Assembly: GCA_030264375.1 (NCBI GenBank)
Contig: JASCQW010000132.1
Location: 70,025,120-70,089,119 of the forward strand
Length of the DNA: 64,000 bases
Origin: Carcharhinus longimanus
Lineage: Eukaryota
Direction: 5' to 3'
Part shown: positions 52,201-64,000 of the stretch, piece after piece
Layout: each line of letters starts with the position of its first letter
Position numbering within the stretch: position 1 is the first letter of the stretch
Position numbers and translations under genes: made by a program
The notes under the pieces: model-generated
What the model was told of the DNA's origin: nothing
The model's input: only the letters and a program-made list of their open reading frames with translations
Databases searched by the model: none

Positions 52201-55200
52201 TGTCTCTCCAATGTAAATGTACTCATCATATGATTGGATTACTTAAAACAATAAGGTGTGTTCTTTATTTGAAGATTAGACAATATACAAATATAGTTAA
52301 TGGGGAGAGAATGTAGTTCATCTGACTCCTATTCCTGCTGTTTGTAAACTGAATACAAGTCATGGGACTAATACATCACAAACTGTGAAGATGACAAAGA
52401 TTGACTGCAATAAGATACACATCCTCAAAGGTACACATGCCTCGTATCACATCTTTTTTTTTCTAAACTAATGATTTACCTTTGAGTAATCATACAGTTT
52501 CTATGGCAGCAAAGGAAAATAAAATTTTGTCTAAATAAATCATTATACAAAACAATACATTTCCTAGTCTCCGAAATGTTTCAGCAGTTTGCTCATTTGT
52601 TCAGACCTAGTCACAGTGACCTTTATTGGAGGCTGCTGTACATTTTCAGAATACTTGTTAGGGATGCTATGTTTATGCTGCATCTTAGACCATATTTTAG
52701 TCACAACAGGATTACTTGGTATTTCTGGTTGCAGTATTGCTCTGATTTGGCCTCTTTTTCATGCTGCTTGTTATTCATACATGATACATCCTCAGTTCTG
52801 AGCCTATGCTGATGATTTCTGATGATTTATATATGCCATCAGTTGGGTATAGTACCCAAACTTTCTGTTCGATGTTTAGATTGGATAATTCATTACTCAC
52901 ATACTGGTCACAGGCATCTTTCATCCTCCCTTATTTTTCGAGTAATGCATCACATATTCCTGGGAGCATTGGTGAGTGATGACTGAGGAGATTTGTCCAC
53001 ACTTGCCTGCCAAATAATAATTCTGCATTGGTTCCACAGTATGATGAGGCATGTAGGTTTGAAATGGGTACACATATTCAGCTCAACTTGTGCCAATCAG
53101 TCTAGTTGATCACCTGCATTGCAGAATGAGCTTCTTTTCTCCCAGCATAGGCATTTGGTTCCCAGTGGTGCTTCTTCTAGTCTGTGATGTTCACCATTGT
53201 CTTGGTGAGACCATGAGTAGTACCAAGGACGGGTTCTTGCATGTTGAATGGCTTATAATCACTGGACCAGTGGTGTCGAAAACATAAAATATTTGGGCAG
53301 GATTTTCCAGCCGCACACGCCCCAAAACTTGAAAATCCTATCCAAGGTCAATGGATCTTTACATGGTCCATGTCCTGCCTGTCACGGGAATTGTAGCAGG
53401 TGGGATGGGAAAATTCCACCCTGGGATGGGTTTTTCAGCATCACTTGAGTGTAATGGATACCAGGGATTGAATCTCTGATCCAATGTAGGTGGTGAGTTT
53501 GCATTGGTCGGTTAAACCATCACATGCCGCTTCTGTACATATCAGTGTGTGAAATAGAAAAATGTTTGCACTTGCACTGGTATCCACTTTTCCATATATG
53601 TCGTGCTGACCCCACATTTGTGGGAATATCATTTTGATGGTGCCAAAGGCTCCTACTTGGTACCACAATGCCAATTTTGGTGTTCACCATGCTGAATACT
53701 GGCTTATTTTGTGTGTCGATGGTCTCGTCATTCTCATCATCTGACTATGTAGTTTGGCTAAACATTCCATGGATCTTGTTTTGATGCTGTTTACACACAC
53801 TCTCAGCTGACTGGAATGTTGTAGTTGTCTAGCATTTGGTTGTGGCTTTTCATGATGTTGAACCACTTGTTCTGGGCTTTGTTTTCTATACTCGTGCTTC
53901 CAATGTCCTCTGATGCCACATGCTTCGAAGCAGGGCAATTTCTGGGTGCATATATAAAGCCATACTGCCCACTTTGCTTATTAAGCTCACCTGTATTGGT
54001 TATTATGCCAGTGGTAGATAAATTATGAAAGCCCGTGGATTCTAAAAGCCCATTAGTAGAGCTTGACTTGCATTTCTTTGTAATATTGCTTCTATGGTGT
54101 AACCTTTGGCTTGGTTCAATGTATCTTTTTGAATACTTATATTGGGGTGGATGGTAAAACAAGCTTGATTATTCTGTAGACTAGCTCTGCCATGGTAAAC
54201 TTGCAATCATGCCTGTTGTCGCTGCATCTACTTATGAATTGGTCAGTGGTCTCTGTAGGTCATTATCAAAAGGATATGGATTCTAGGTGGTGTGCTCTGA
54301 AGACTTGTAACCTGCCTTCGAATGTTGACCATATTTGATTTGGATTTTTAAGATGGCCGTTGGATAGAGCCAAGACATACAGTCTGTGGAGGCCATCATT
54401 GCCTACAGCAATTTAATTTTTATGACCTCTTTATCTGGTTCAGAAATATTGAGGTCCAGAAAACGCGGCTCCATGCATTGCTGGAGTCAAAATAAACTCA
54501 GTTAAAAGATCCATTGTCTTCCAATGGAATGATGGATATTTTGTAATTAGCTTTTAGCTTAATCTGGACCATTGACAGCTGCTCCAGCTGTTTTTATGGC
54601 TCAAAGTTAATTTAGCCCTGACTTATAGTACCTTTAGTGGCCACTGCATTAGATAGTCATAAGTTATTGCAAAGATGCTGTGATTGAGCTCTTTCTTTTC
54701 CCCTGGGTTACTGAAGCTCCTCTCGCAAAGAAATGAGTTTTACAGGCTTCAGAAGTGAAATAAAATCAAAACTAACAAAAAAACATGTTTCTTCTAGCTT
54801 CCCAGCCCAGCTTGCAGTGTTTTAACTGCCCTGCCTCTCTGTTCCATAGCAGTAATGGAGTCTGTCCTGTTTGAGAGTTCAGTTAAAGTTAGATTTTCCA
54901 GATCCAATTATTTAATTACCTTTCCTTCTTAGGCTTCACTGCAGATAGACTTATATTGCTTAAATTCTCCAAAATTAGAACAATATTACTGGGACCTGGT
55001 GACTGTTAGCTGGAGTGAGGTGTGACAGAATCCCAGAATGATAGTTGAGAGTGTACAATTTCTATAAGGCTACAGAATCACTTACACACAGTGAGACTTG
55101 ATGGTTGTTTCGCTTTCACATCAGTTCTTTTCTCCTGAGGTCACATACACTTTGTTGGAATGAAGGTACTCTTTGGGAGAGGTAATGTATTCTTTGGGAG

Positions 55201-56572
55201 TGGTCAGATGTTCTTTGGGATTGTTAAAGGGCAACTTGTTTCAAAAGTACACAAATTCTTTGGAACTATTAAAGTTATCACAGAACCATTAAAGCTGTAA
55301 AAAAAAAACTGTCAAAGAACTGTCAAAACTCATTGAAACTCCAAAAACACTTTAGAACTGTTAAAGCTACCATAGGGGTTTAATGCTGCTATGTTTGAAA
55401 TTTTTAAAAAAGTGTAGGGTTAAAGTAAAACCATGTTAGCCCTTTCACTTTATTGACAGAAGCCTGAGGTTTATCATTATAGAATTTGTACTGCGTGATT
55501 AACTTTCCAACCTAACATTCTCACAGTGGGGTGCCTGTTGAGTGAGTAGTTTGATTAACAAATACAAATGGTTATATATTAGAGATGTTTGTTTTCATAA
55601 AAGATTAGATACTTAAGGAAAATGTTTATTTTCATTAGGATAGGGATTATGTATTTAAGTGAATTTTTGTTTTCATTTGAGATGAGTTGAACAGTTTCAA
55701 TATATTGGATGTTACTTTTATCAGTGGGACTTCTGTTTTCGAATAGTGATGCCATCAGTCGATGCATGACTTTATTTTTTGTCAGCTTGACTTCTGAAGT
55801 TTGCCCATCATGGATACTAGCTGAATTGGCATGAAGGGGATAATGGCAAAGGGTGTTTGGGGGTAGGGTGGGGAGGGGGGAAGCATGTGTTGACACTAAA
55901 TTGCCTAAAGGCTTTGAAGAACTATGAAGATCTGAGAGGCATGTGTTGACATAGATAAATGAAGGGCTGAAGGGGTGAGTGGAGTGGCTAGTGGGGCATA
56001 GTGGGTATGAGAGACCTTGCAGTATGATTAATGAGTCATAAGGTGGTCTAGATGATTTGAGGCACCATGGGACCAAGTACAGGGGCATAGGTTTGCATGA
56101 AGGGCACAGGGATTCGTGGGGAAGTGACAGGAACATGGCTGGGGCATGAAGAGTGTATTTGGGAGTGAGGGCTAAACACTGGAGTGATGTTTTATTGGTT
56201 TTTGCAATCTTTCACAGTGACAGAACACAGAGACAGACCTTCTGGCCAACCTGCCTCCATACCCAGCAGCCTCCATAATTATTCAGGAACAATGGGCTCG
56301 ACCTCTAATTCAGCCACTCTGCTCAGATTAAAATTCCCTATCTCCAGGCCTCTTTTTTTCTCGGGTCAAGTTGATGGGGCCAGGGAATATCCTGACTCTG
56401 CATTCCCAGACTAGGAGTGAAAATCCTGTATATAGTACATCTGCCTCCTATTACTGCTGTCTGTAGACTGAAAACTAGTCATGGGGTGCATGCATCATAT
56501 CATGTTGGGGTAGCAGAGATTGCCAGCAGTTTAAAATTGACCTCCTTAAAGGTACATGTACCTCATACTACA
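52201..56572 (-). mobile_element. Gypsy/Ty3 LTR retrotransposon, decayed, RT/RNaseH/IN core deleted
   Basis: Gag (YPSFHW..DLLTEF; IWSTFEGRL; ETTDQFISRC; knuckle PRNCPA/CFEACGIRGHWKHE), protease KVDTSASANI...FYVFDTTGP, IN C-terminus AELLFGRQVWTNL...VTRSE; PPT agaaaaaaaaaga; LTR similarity between 52310-52451 and 56430-56572. Confidence 0.85.
53295..53421. mobile_element. 127 bp Harbinger-like MITE inserted in the Gypsy protease
   Basis: TIRs gggcaggattttcc / ggaaaattccaccc; protease motifs lie on both sides. Confidence 0.75.
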
Positions 56573-56859
56573 ACAGCGATGCCTTCAGTTACCTAGGCTC
56601 CAAGCTCTGGAATTCTTTTCCTCCACCTCCCTGCCTCACCCCCTCTACTTCTTTGTTTCTTAATAGACAATCCTTAAATCCAATTTCTTTGTTTAAGCTT
56701 TTGGTGATCTCAGCTTATATCCCCTTTTGTGGCTCAGTGTCACGTTTTGTTTCACAATGCTTGGGATATTTCATTATGTTATTGATGCTACATAAATATA
56801 ACTTGTTGCTGCATTTTACAAACACATTGTATCATCAGTAACTGTAAAGCACAGGCAAC

Positions 56860-57300
56860 GAGGTAAGTTGGCAGCACTCTGCAAATATTACAGCCTTCTC
56901 CTTTCAAAAATGTCTGTAAGTTAGTCCGCATCCCTATGTATCACATAATTACCAACAGCTATGTCTGGCATCTGCTGCTAACAAAATAGACTTTGAAAGA
57001 TCTCTTCACTCTCCGCTGTTTATTACTAGTGTTGGAACCTTGCCCTGATGATTGCCGCGTTGATCCCCAGTAGTGTGTGGTAACGTGTGAGACTGGGTTG
57101 CAAATACATTGTCGATAATGACAGTTCAAGTGGGGCAGACTGTGCTTGACTTGTCAACATTCCTACATTTGTTTCCTTCTCATTAATTACAGAGCACGCA
57201 CAGCATCTTTGTGCTTGTCTGTCATAATTAGCGTACTCTTAGCAGGAGCATTTCCATCATATCACAAGTTACTTAAACACATTGTGCAATCTAAACAGAT
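56860..57300. promoter_or_regulatory. Putative conserved non-coding block
   Basis: Unique, CpG-retaining; cataattac, aacaaaa, ctttgaa (TCF), tgtttat (Fox), TGACAG, cattaattac, ctgtcataattag. Confidence 0.45.
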
Positions 57301-57425
57301 TACACTATACATCATGCACATACACAGTATGGTGGAGCCAACATCAATGCCCAATATTTCACAGCCACTTAGAGCTAGCAGGCTTTTCTCCTGTGGCAGA
57401 ACAGCCTATTGCCTATATTTGACTT

Positions 57426-58272
57426 GACAGTGCGGAAGGATGTTGCAGGTTACACAGGGACATAGATAAGCTGCAGAGCTGAGCTGATAGGTGGCAAATG
57501 GAGTTTGATGTGGAAAAGTGTGAAGTGATTCACTTTGGAAGAAGTAACAAAAATACAGAGTATTGGGCTAATGGTAGGTTACTTGGTAGTGTGGTTGAGC
57601 AGAGAGATCTCAGTGTCCATGTTCATAGATCCTTGAAAGTCGGCACCCAGACTGATAGGGTTGTTGAGAAGGTATACGGTGTATTAGCTTTTATTGGTCG
57701 AGGGATTGAGTTTAGGAGCCACGAGGTCGTGTTGCGGTTGTACAAAACTCTGGTGCGGCCGCACTTGGGAGTATTGCATTCAGTTCTGGTCGCCGCGTTA
57801 TAGGAAGGATATGGAAGCACTGGAAAGGCTGCAGAGGAGATTTACCAGGATGTTGCCTGGTATGGTGGGAAAGTCTTATAAGGAAAGGTTGAGGGGTTTG
57901 AGGCTGTTTCCATTAGAGAGAAGGAAAAGACAGGACTTAACAGAGGCATATAAGATAATCAGAGGATTAGATAGGGTGGACAGTGACAGCCTTTTTTTCC
58001 CCTCGAATGGAGATGGCTAGCACGAGGGGACATAGCTTTAAATTGAGTCGTCATAGATATAGGACAGATATCAGAGGTACGTTTTTTTACTCAGAGTAGT
58101 AAGAGCGTGGAATGCCCTGCCTGCCACAGCAGTGGATTCGCCAACATTAAGGGTATTTAAATAATCATTGGATAAACATATGGATGATATTGGAATAGTG
58201 TAGGTTAGATGGCCTTTAGATTGGTTTCACAGGCTGAAGGGCCTGTACTGCGCTGTAATGTTCTATACGTTC
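57426..58272 (+). mobile_element. CR1/HER1-type LINE 3' end (younger subfamily)
   Basis: [52 protein letters not shown]; many CpGs retained; tail gcgctgtaatgttcta. Confidence 0.92.
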
Positions 58273-58307
58273 TGTTTGAAGGCATGCTACGAATTGCTCC
58301 AGAGCGG

Positions 58308-58370
58308 ACATAAATCTACAACCTTCAGATTCAGAGGTGAAAGTGCTCCCAACTGAACCACAACACACAG
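58308..58370 (-). mobile_element. Deu-SINE 5' tRNA-like head fragment
   Basis: Minus strand ggttcagttgggagcactttcacctctgaatctgaaggttgtagattta. Confidence 0.5.
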
Positions 58371-59791
58371 CAATGACACCAACATCCTTTGGCATAGAAT
58401 GTGTTTTACCCTCTAACATGAGACAGGCCTGAAATAAAACAGGAACTTGACTCTAAAGCACTTCAGCAAAGCATTAATAAATTGTAAGCTCCTACAATCC
58501 TTCAACGGATAACTTTAAGGATGTCATTAAATAACCTGCCGACTGAATCCTGGAAGTGGGAGTGTAGTGACTACTATCCTAACCTTTCAGTATCCTGTTT
58601 GCTTGCAAGATGTTGACAAAAACAAAGGATGTTGTCCAGCATGAATGCTCAACATGCTTTCTGCTAGTTCAGTTATTCTATGTTATAAATACTGGAATCA
58701 GTCAGTAGGGTTTTTAGATTTCATGAATTCACCCAGTGGATCACAACATGAAAGCAGACTTGGTTCAGTAATGACAGTTTTCCTTTTCATTGGGATAAAG
58801 GTATCTTGCTGGTCTTGGTAACTTTCTACTTGAGAATTTAAAGCAAGTACTATTTTAAATAATGATGGATATCTTAAATATATCTCTGTAGCATTAATAC
58901 AATTCTCTATTACAACCAGATCATACTTTCTTTTCCTAGAACTATCAATGTTACAATTAGCATTAAAGAGAATTGCAATTTTTGTTCTTTAATAAAGTTT
59001 CATATCATTTAGAAAGCATCTTCTGCACCCAAACTCAAGAACTCATCTCTTCAATAGAGAGATACATTATTGAGGAAAGATGTCTGGAGCCAGTTGGTAG
59101 AATACAGCTAAAATATGTTAAAAAGGCTTCTGGGGGATAGTAATATTCTCTGGTGCTTCCTTTCCTTCAGGGAGATCAGTTCTTCAAACCCATTTAATTA
59201 TATCTGGGGCATGTCTTTTTCAAGCTTAAGTGAGAGTGATCATCTGAGGAGAACCCCTGATCCAGAGTAGTCCCAAAGAAGGGCTAAGATCATAATTCAC
59301 TTCAGAGCGGGAGGCAGAGGGAACGAGTTTCAATCAAGTTCAATACCAGACAATACCGTTTGAGGAAATGCAGGTTATTTTTCAATTACTCAACACCGAG
59401 TTCAATAGTGGCGGACCCAAACATCTACCGTATTTTTATTTCCCTTTTCTGCTTTTTTCTTCTTTTCCCCTTTCTCTGTTTCAGTAACAGCTGTTCGTGA
59501 TTCTATCAATGATATCTCCTTGTTCCATTAACCCTCCCTTTTGCCTTACACCAATGCTTCTGTCACTTAATGCCTCACGTTTTCTACTTCATCACACATG
59601 CACGCAGATAAAACACTACTGTTTGGCAGCCTGAAACAATCCCATACGAATCAAACAATTCCCCAAAATTATGAGCTGGGGAGAGATAAAGCCGTTCCCC
59701 AAAAACATCACGTTCAATCAGTACCACTGTTAAACGGCTTTCACCTTCTGGCTTAGGAGGTAGCTGAAGCCCGAGGACATTGCTACATGAG

Positions 59792-59916
59792 TTAGAACAT
59801 TACAGCGCAGTACAGGCCTTTTGGCCCTCAATGTTGCGCCGACCTGTGAAACGAATCTAAAGCCCGTCTAACCTACACTATTCCAATATCATCCACGTGC
59901 TTATCCAATGACCCTT
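59792..59916 (-). mobile_element. CR1 3' tail, same subfamily as 57426-58272
   Basis: Reverse complement aligns to 58165-58265. Confidence 0.85.
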
Positions 59917-60016
59917 NNNNNNNNNNNNNNNNNNNNNNNNNNNNNNNNNNNNNNNNNNNNNNNNNNNNNNNNNNNNNNNNNNNNNNNNNNNNNNNNNNNN
60001 NNNNNNNNNNNNNNNN

Positions 60017-60097
60017 AGGGCCTAGGTGGGATTGTGGTCGGTGCAGACTCAATGGGCCAAATGGCCTCTTTCTGCACTGTAAGGTTTCAATGATTCT
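60017..60097 (+). mobile_element. V-SINE 3' tail
   Basis: gggattgtggtcggtgcagactcaatgggccaaatggcctctttctgcactgtaagg. Confidence 0.85.
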
Positions 60098-61003
60098 CCT
60101 ATGATAAACAATGGCTGGGCCAAACTGTGTGAACTCAGCAGCAGATTCTCTCAAGTCAGCTATCAGTCACAAGCAGAGTAGAAAAGTTCTGCTTTAAAAG
60201 CATATACTGTGAGGGAGGTCAGTCATCAGAAATTGTGATTAGTAAAATGGTAAAAGGTGAATAACTTGAGCAAATGTAACATAAAGCTATAAACTGACCA
60301 CCCATCTGTCTCTAAAACCTTTTAGTGTTGCTTTGTTGGAGTAATTGTAAGGGAGCAAGATTTTGAAGAGAGCGTGACTTTAATTATTTGTAGAACATGA
60401 TACAAAATGATTTGCTGAGTCAGAGCTTTGGTCATTGTCCATCTACTGCAAATTGAAGTTCAGCCAATTTTCTATTTTAAACGCTATCACTGCTGGAAAG
60501 CTATTCTTTCATTTCTAGGACAGCTTCCAAAACTTGCTCCATAGCTCAGTTATAACATGGATTTTATAGATTGTATGTGCTGCTCTATCATCTGGAATGC
60601 TCCAAATCTCTGCACTGCACAGCTGTTGCTGTGACCTTCTTGTTCTAACAACACTTAGGTGGCTCATCAGCTACTTGAGTAGAGCAGTTGACATTTTTGC
60701 AGATGATCTGATCAGTTTCTGATCCAAAGAACTATTTATTTCTGTTTGATGGATCTGGAAAGCACAAGGGGGTCCTCAGGTTCTTCTTTAAAATGTGGGA
60801 GTTTCACCTCATACTTTCTGACCATAGAAAACAATCCCATGCTGTGTACTCAACAGATAAATGAATCCTTAAAAAGAAGGGAAGTTGTGGAACAAGAGCT
60901 GGTATTTATTTGTCTGACATGTAACGAGTATATATTAATTTCCATATAGATAACAGTTATTCCTGTGCGCTTGGTTTACAGCTTTTTATTAGTTTTTTAC
61001 ATT

Positions 61004-61384
61004 TTTATTAGTGTCACACATAGGCTTATTTTAACATCGTAATGAAGTTACTATGAAAATCCCCTAGTCGCTGCACTCTGGCGCCTGTTTGGGTACACTG
61101 AGGGAGAATTTAGCATGGTCAATACACCTAACTAGCACATCTTTCAGACTGTGGGAGGANNNNNNNNNNNNNNNNNNNNNNNNNNNNNNNNNNNNNNNNN
61201 NNNNNNNNNNNNNNNNNNNNNNNNNNNNNNNNNNNNNNNNNNNNNNNNNNNNNNNNNNNAAGAAACCGGAGAACCTGGAGGAAACTCATGCAAACAAGGG
61301 AGAATGTGCAGAGAGTGGCCCAAGCTGGGAATTGAACCCTGATCTCTGGTGCTGTGAGACAGCAGTACTAACCACTGTGCCACC
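61004..61384 (-). mobile_element. V-SINE variant with an alternative 3' tail
   Basis: Same tRNA head and V-domain as HE1 but tail ...ccctcagtgtaccc...cgactaggggattttcatagtaacttcatt...gtgacactaataaa. Confidence 0.8.
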
Positions 61385-61421
61385 TAAAGAAGAGGCCTTT
61401 CTTGAGAGGAAACTTGAGCAC

Positions 61422-61497
61422 TGACAAGAATGGGATTTAAACCCAAGTATGCAGAGCACAATGGATTAGCAATCCATCACCTTAACCTCACCTCATC
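61422..61497 (-). pseudogene. tRNA-Ser(GCT) pseudogene
   Basis: Minus strand gatgaggtg-aggttaaggtgatggattGCTaatccattgtgctctgcatacttgggtttaaatcccattcttgtca versus vertebrate tRNA-Ser-GCT GACGAGGTGGCCGAGTGGTTAAGGCGATGGACTGCTAATCCATTGTGCTCTGCACGCGTGGGTTCGAATCCCATCCTCGTCG; D-arm deletion, CpG decay, broken B box. Confidence 0.85.
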
Positions 61498-61934
61498 CTG
61501 ATAATGTGTGTGCCAAAATTTTGTTCGGTGCTGTGTGTAGTGTCATTTAATGCACCTTTTTCAGAAGGCTTTGGTACCACTCCCCATTTTAGATTCTTGC
61601 TGAGATATTCCTTCCCTGACCTTGACAAGAAATCAGGTCTATACACTGCCATGAGCAGAGTCTCTCAGAATTTGCTATGGGTTTAGTTTAGTATGCTTTG
61701 TCACAAGTAAAGTCTGAATGAAAGGGAAAGCTATGCAGAAGAATGCAAATTGTTTAAAACTAAAATAATGTCAATCCCATATTTATCGAAGAACCTTATC
61801 TTCAACATCCTATTAAAATGATAGAAGTATGACTATTATTACAAATTTATTGTTTATCTCTTTATTACTGCTGTGTTTAAAAAAATGCATTTCACTGTGC
61901 ATATGCTACAAAGATATGTAGTTCTTATTTTTGT

Positions 61935-62290
61935 TCTTTGGTCAGTGCTGAATTAATTAGGGCACTGTATCTCAGCTGTATCTTTATCTCAGCTGGTTGG
62001 AGAGGGGGAAAATCAGTCAGGATGCTGCTGTCTTGTACTAATCATTATTAGTACAAGTGGGCGTGTTAATACAGGACTCTTTTTTTTAAAAATGGCGCAA
62101 ATATACCCCCACCCACATATACATATACACACACTCTCACTCAACACATGGTAGATAATGTTGCAACATTTCACCTCACATCTAGGGAATTGTAACTTGA
62201 ATGAGGTACAGGAGAGTTAGAACTGCATGTGGAGTGCTTGGTATGGGATAGCACTTAGAAAGGGGAGGAGAAGAGGAGAGGATACGGATG
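61935..62290 (+). mobile_element. Ancient SINE-like repeat, highly degenerate
   Basis: ggtcagtgctgaatta...gagggggaaaatcagtcagg...acttgaatgaggtacaggag recalls an old shark SINE; recognised from memory only. Confidence 0.35.
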
Positions 62291-62799
62291 GCGAAATTTG
62301 GAAAACAAAATTTGTTTAAGTTATCAGGTCAATGATAGTAGAAGAACCAACTAATAGAAATTGCTGAATTCAGCAACAAAACAGAATTGAATTAATGTAC
62401 ACTGAATGACAAGACTTTAGATATTTCCTGGGTTTGTGACTTTCTGTACTAATGTTAATTCAGCATCCTCAATTTTCTGATTTCTCATGATTAGTTTGCT
62501 TGATATCACTGGAGTTCATTTATCCAAATGTGTAATTTTTTTTACATTGACCAACATAGTCAGTTGAAACCTCACAAATGATTGATTAGTGAGGTCTTTA
62601 ACTAATCTTAACCTATACATTTCAATATTGTTAAAATTACAATTTGGCCTCCTGATCTCATAATATTTAATTTAGACAATTCCCCACTGCCCACTGATGT
62701 TTTGATTCACGCTGCAATCTTTTAGTTGAGGGAATGAGTTACCGCTTTCCACCAGCTCTTTTGGTGGTAAATTGATAACATATCATACATTATTCATAT

Positions 62800-63190
62800 T
62801 TTACAATTACTTTTGAATTAATTAAGGCATTTAAAATGACAACTAATTCAATAGGGTAGGTACAGAGAAATTATTTCCTCTAACTGGGGATTCCAGAACA
62901 AGGGAGCATAATCCGAATAACAGAGTTTGGCCATTTAAATGTGAAATCAATAAGCAATTTTTCACACAAAGTTTTGAGGAAATATGGAGCTTATTGCTAT
63001 AAAAGGTTGTGGCTGCTAGGCTAATTTAAATTTTCAAGGTTCAGACTGATAGATTTTTGATTGGTAAGGTTGTGAAAGGATCTGGATTAAAGGCAGGAAA
63101 TTGGAATTGAGGTATAGATCAGGGATGATCTATTTGAATGGAGGAACTGGCTCCGGGATTGGATGGTTTACTCATATTCTTCTGTTCCTA
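62800..63190 (+). mobile_element. Old CR1 3' end
   Basis: atagggtaggtacagagaaattatttcct...tccagaacaagggagcataat...gatagatttttg...gatctatttgaatgg. Confidence 0.7.
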
Positions 63191-64000
63191 ATTGCATTGT
63201 GACGGAGTACAGCTCACAAACAGAGATTGGTTAATTGTTATTTTGAATTAATAAAATTGAAATAGTGTTGACATGACACTTGTTGGAAACAGAAAATTCA
63301 AGGCCTAACTATGAGAGGAAAACAATATCTGCACTGATTGTTGCACCACATTTACAACTATTTTACAAATACATTTTATTTATTTTAGACAGAACCACAA
63401 ACTGCAAAAAATAAAAATCATGTGCAAACTGAAATTGGCACATAGCCAATCATACACAAAATTGTTGTCTTAAAATATGATACACAGATTCTCATATGAT
63501 TATAATTGGACCCTTCCAGCTCTATTTTAACAGTTCAATAATCAAAAGTTGCGAGTGTTGCACTCTTTATTGAGCCCAGTCAAAACAGCTCCCTAATATA
63601 CCCTTGTCAGCAAGAAGAGAATTAAGTCCTAAACTAATATGCAGGAGGGAGTCTTAACTGCACTATTGAAGCTCCCAATCTCTTTACTCCAAAAAAACAT
63701 CCTTTTCCCTACACAGATTTGTTGGTATCAAATGCAAGTCTCTTTAGTCCTCTTTGGGGACTGCATTTATCCAGTGTGAATATAGAAATAGCTCTAAGTT
63801 AATGAGTTTGCTACTAGCAGTGTTGGGAAAACAATTCTGCGTGAACATTAATAAACATAGCATCAAGAAATTTGAAGCACAAAGGGAGCCATTTGGTCCA
63901 TTGAACACCTGTTCATAAAAGTTCTCCAAATAACCCCATTCTGATCTCATACCTTGTGATCAGCATTGATGGCTTGCTTCATCTCTTTTGATAACCTCAT

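Larger units (their letters stand above)
51285..56810 (+). mobile_element. L2 LINE 3' portion split by nested insertions (pieces ~51285-51640, 51935-52198, 56575-56810)
   Basis: FLQLDTGKTKAI, QNSALCVF..KSGSPITPM motifs; ...tccaccctttggtggc at 52196 resumes as tgccttcagttacctaggc at 56580; tail ataacttgttgctg. Confidence 0.7.

Noticed and set aside
55579-56136. 185 aa minus-strand ORF
   Set aside because: Antisense read of a GGCATG-rich repeat; no domain

Overview
Eukaryotic draft-assembly DNA (many N gaps), almost certainly from a shark (chondrichthyan). The evidence is HE1-type V-SINEs, SacSINE1-type Deu-SINEs, HER1/CR1, L2 and Rex1/Babar LINE fragments and Penelope-type termini; a carcharhiniform origin is only an inference. 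I recognise no host protein-coding exon. The listed ORFs are noise, span gaps, or are decayed TE coding sequence. The first ~12 kb is TE-poor and keeps its CpGs, with blocks rich in homeodomain, TCF and TALE motifs; similar blocks occur further on. This fits a gene desert or large intron next to a developmental regulator (inference; conservation not testable here). The rest is a TE graveyard with several reconstructable structures: (i) a ~2.3 kb non-autonomous LTR element whose interior is a decayed K/E/Q-rich coiled-coil reading frame rather than recognisable gag-pol; (ii) a deleted Gypsy provirus nested inside an L2; (iii) a PIF/Harbinger-type radiation from ~125 bp MITEs to a 2.2 kb element with a decayed Myb/SANT exon; (iv) two solo LTRs; (v) a tRNA-Ser(GCT) pseudogene; (vi) small templated-repair footprints. 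Coordinates were read by eye and repeat names come from remembered consensus sequences, so boundaries are approximate.
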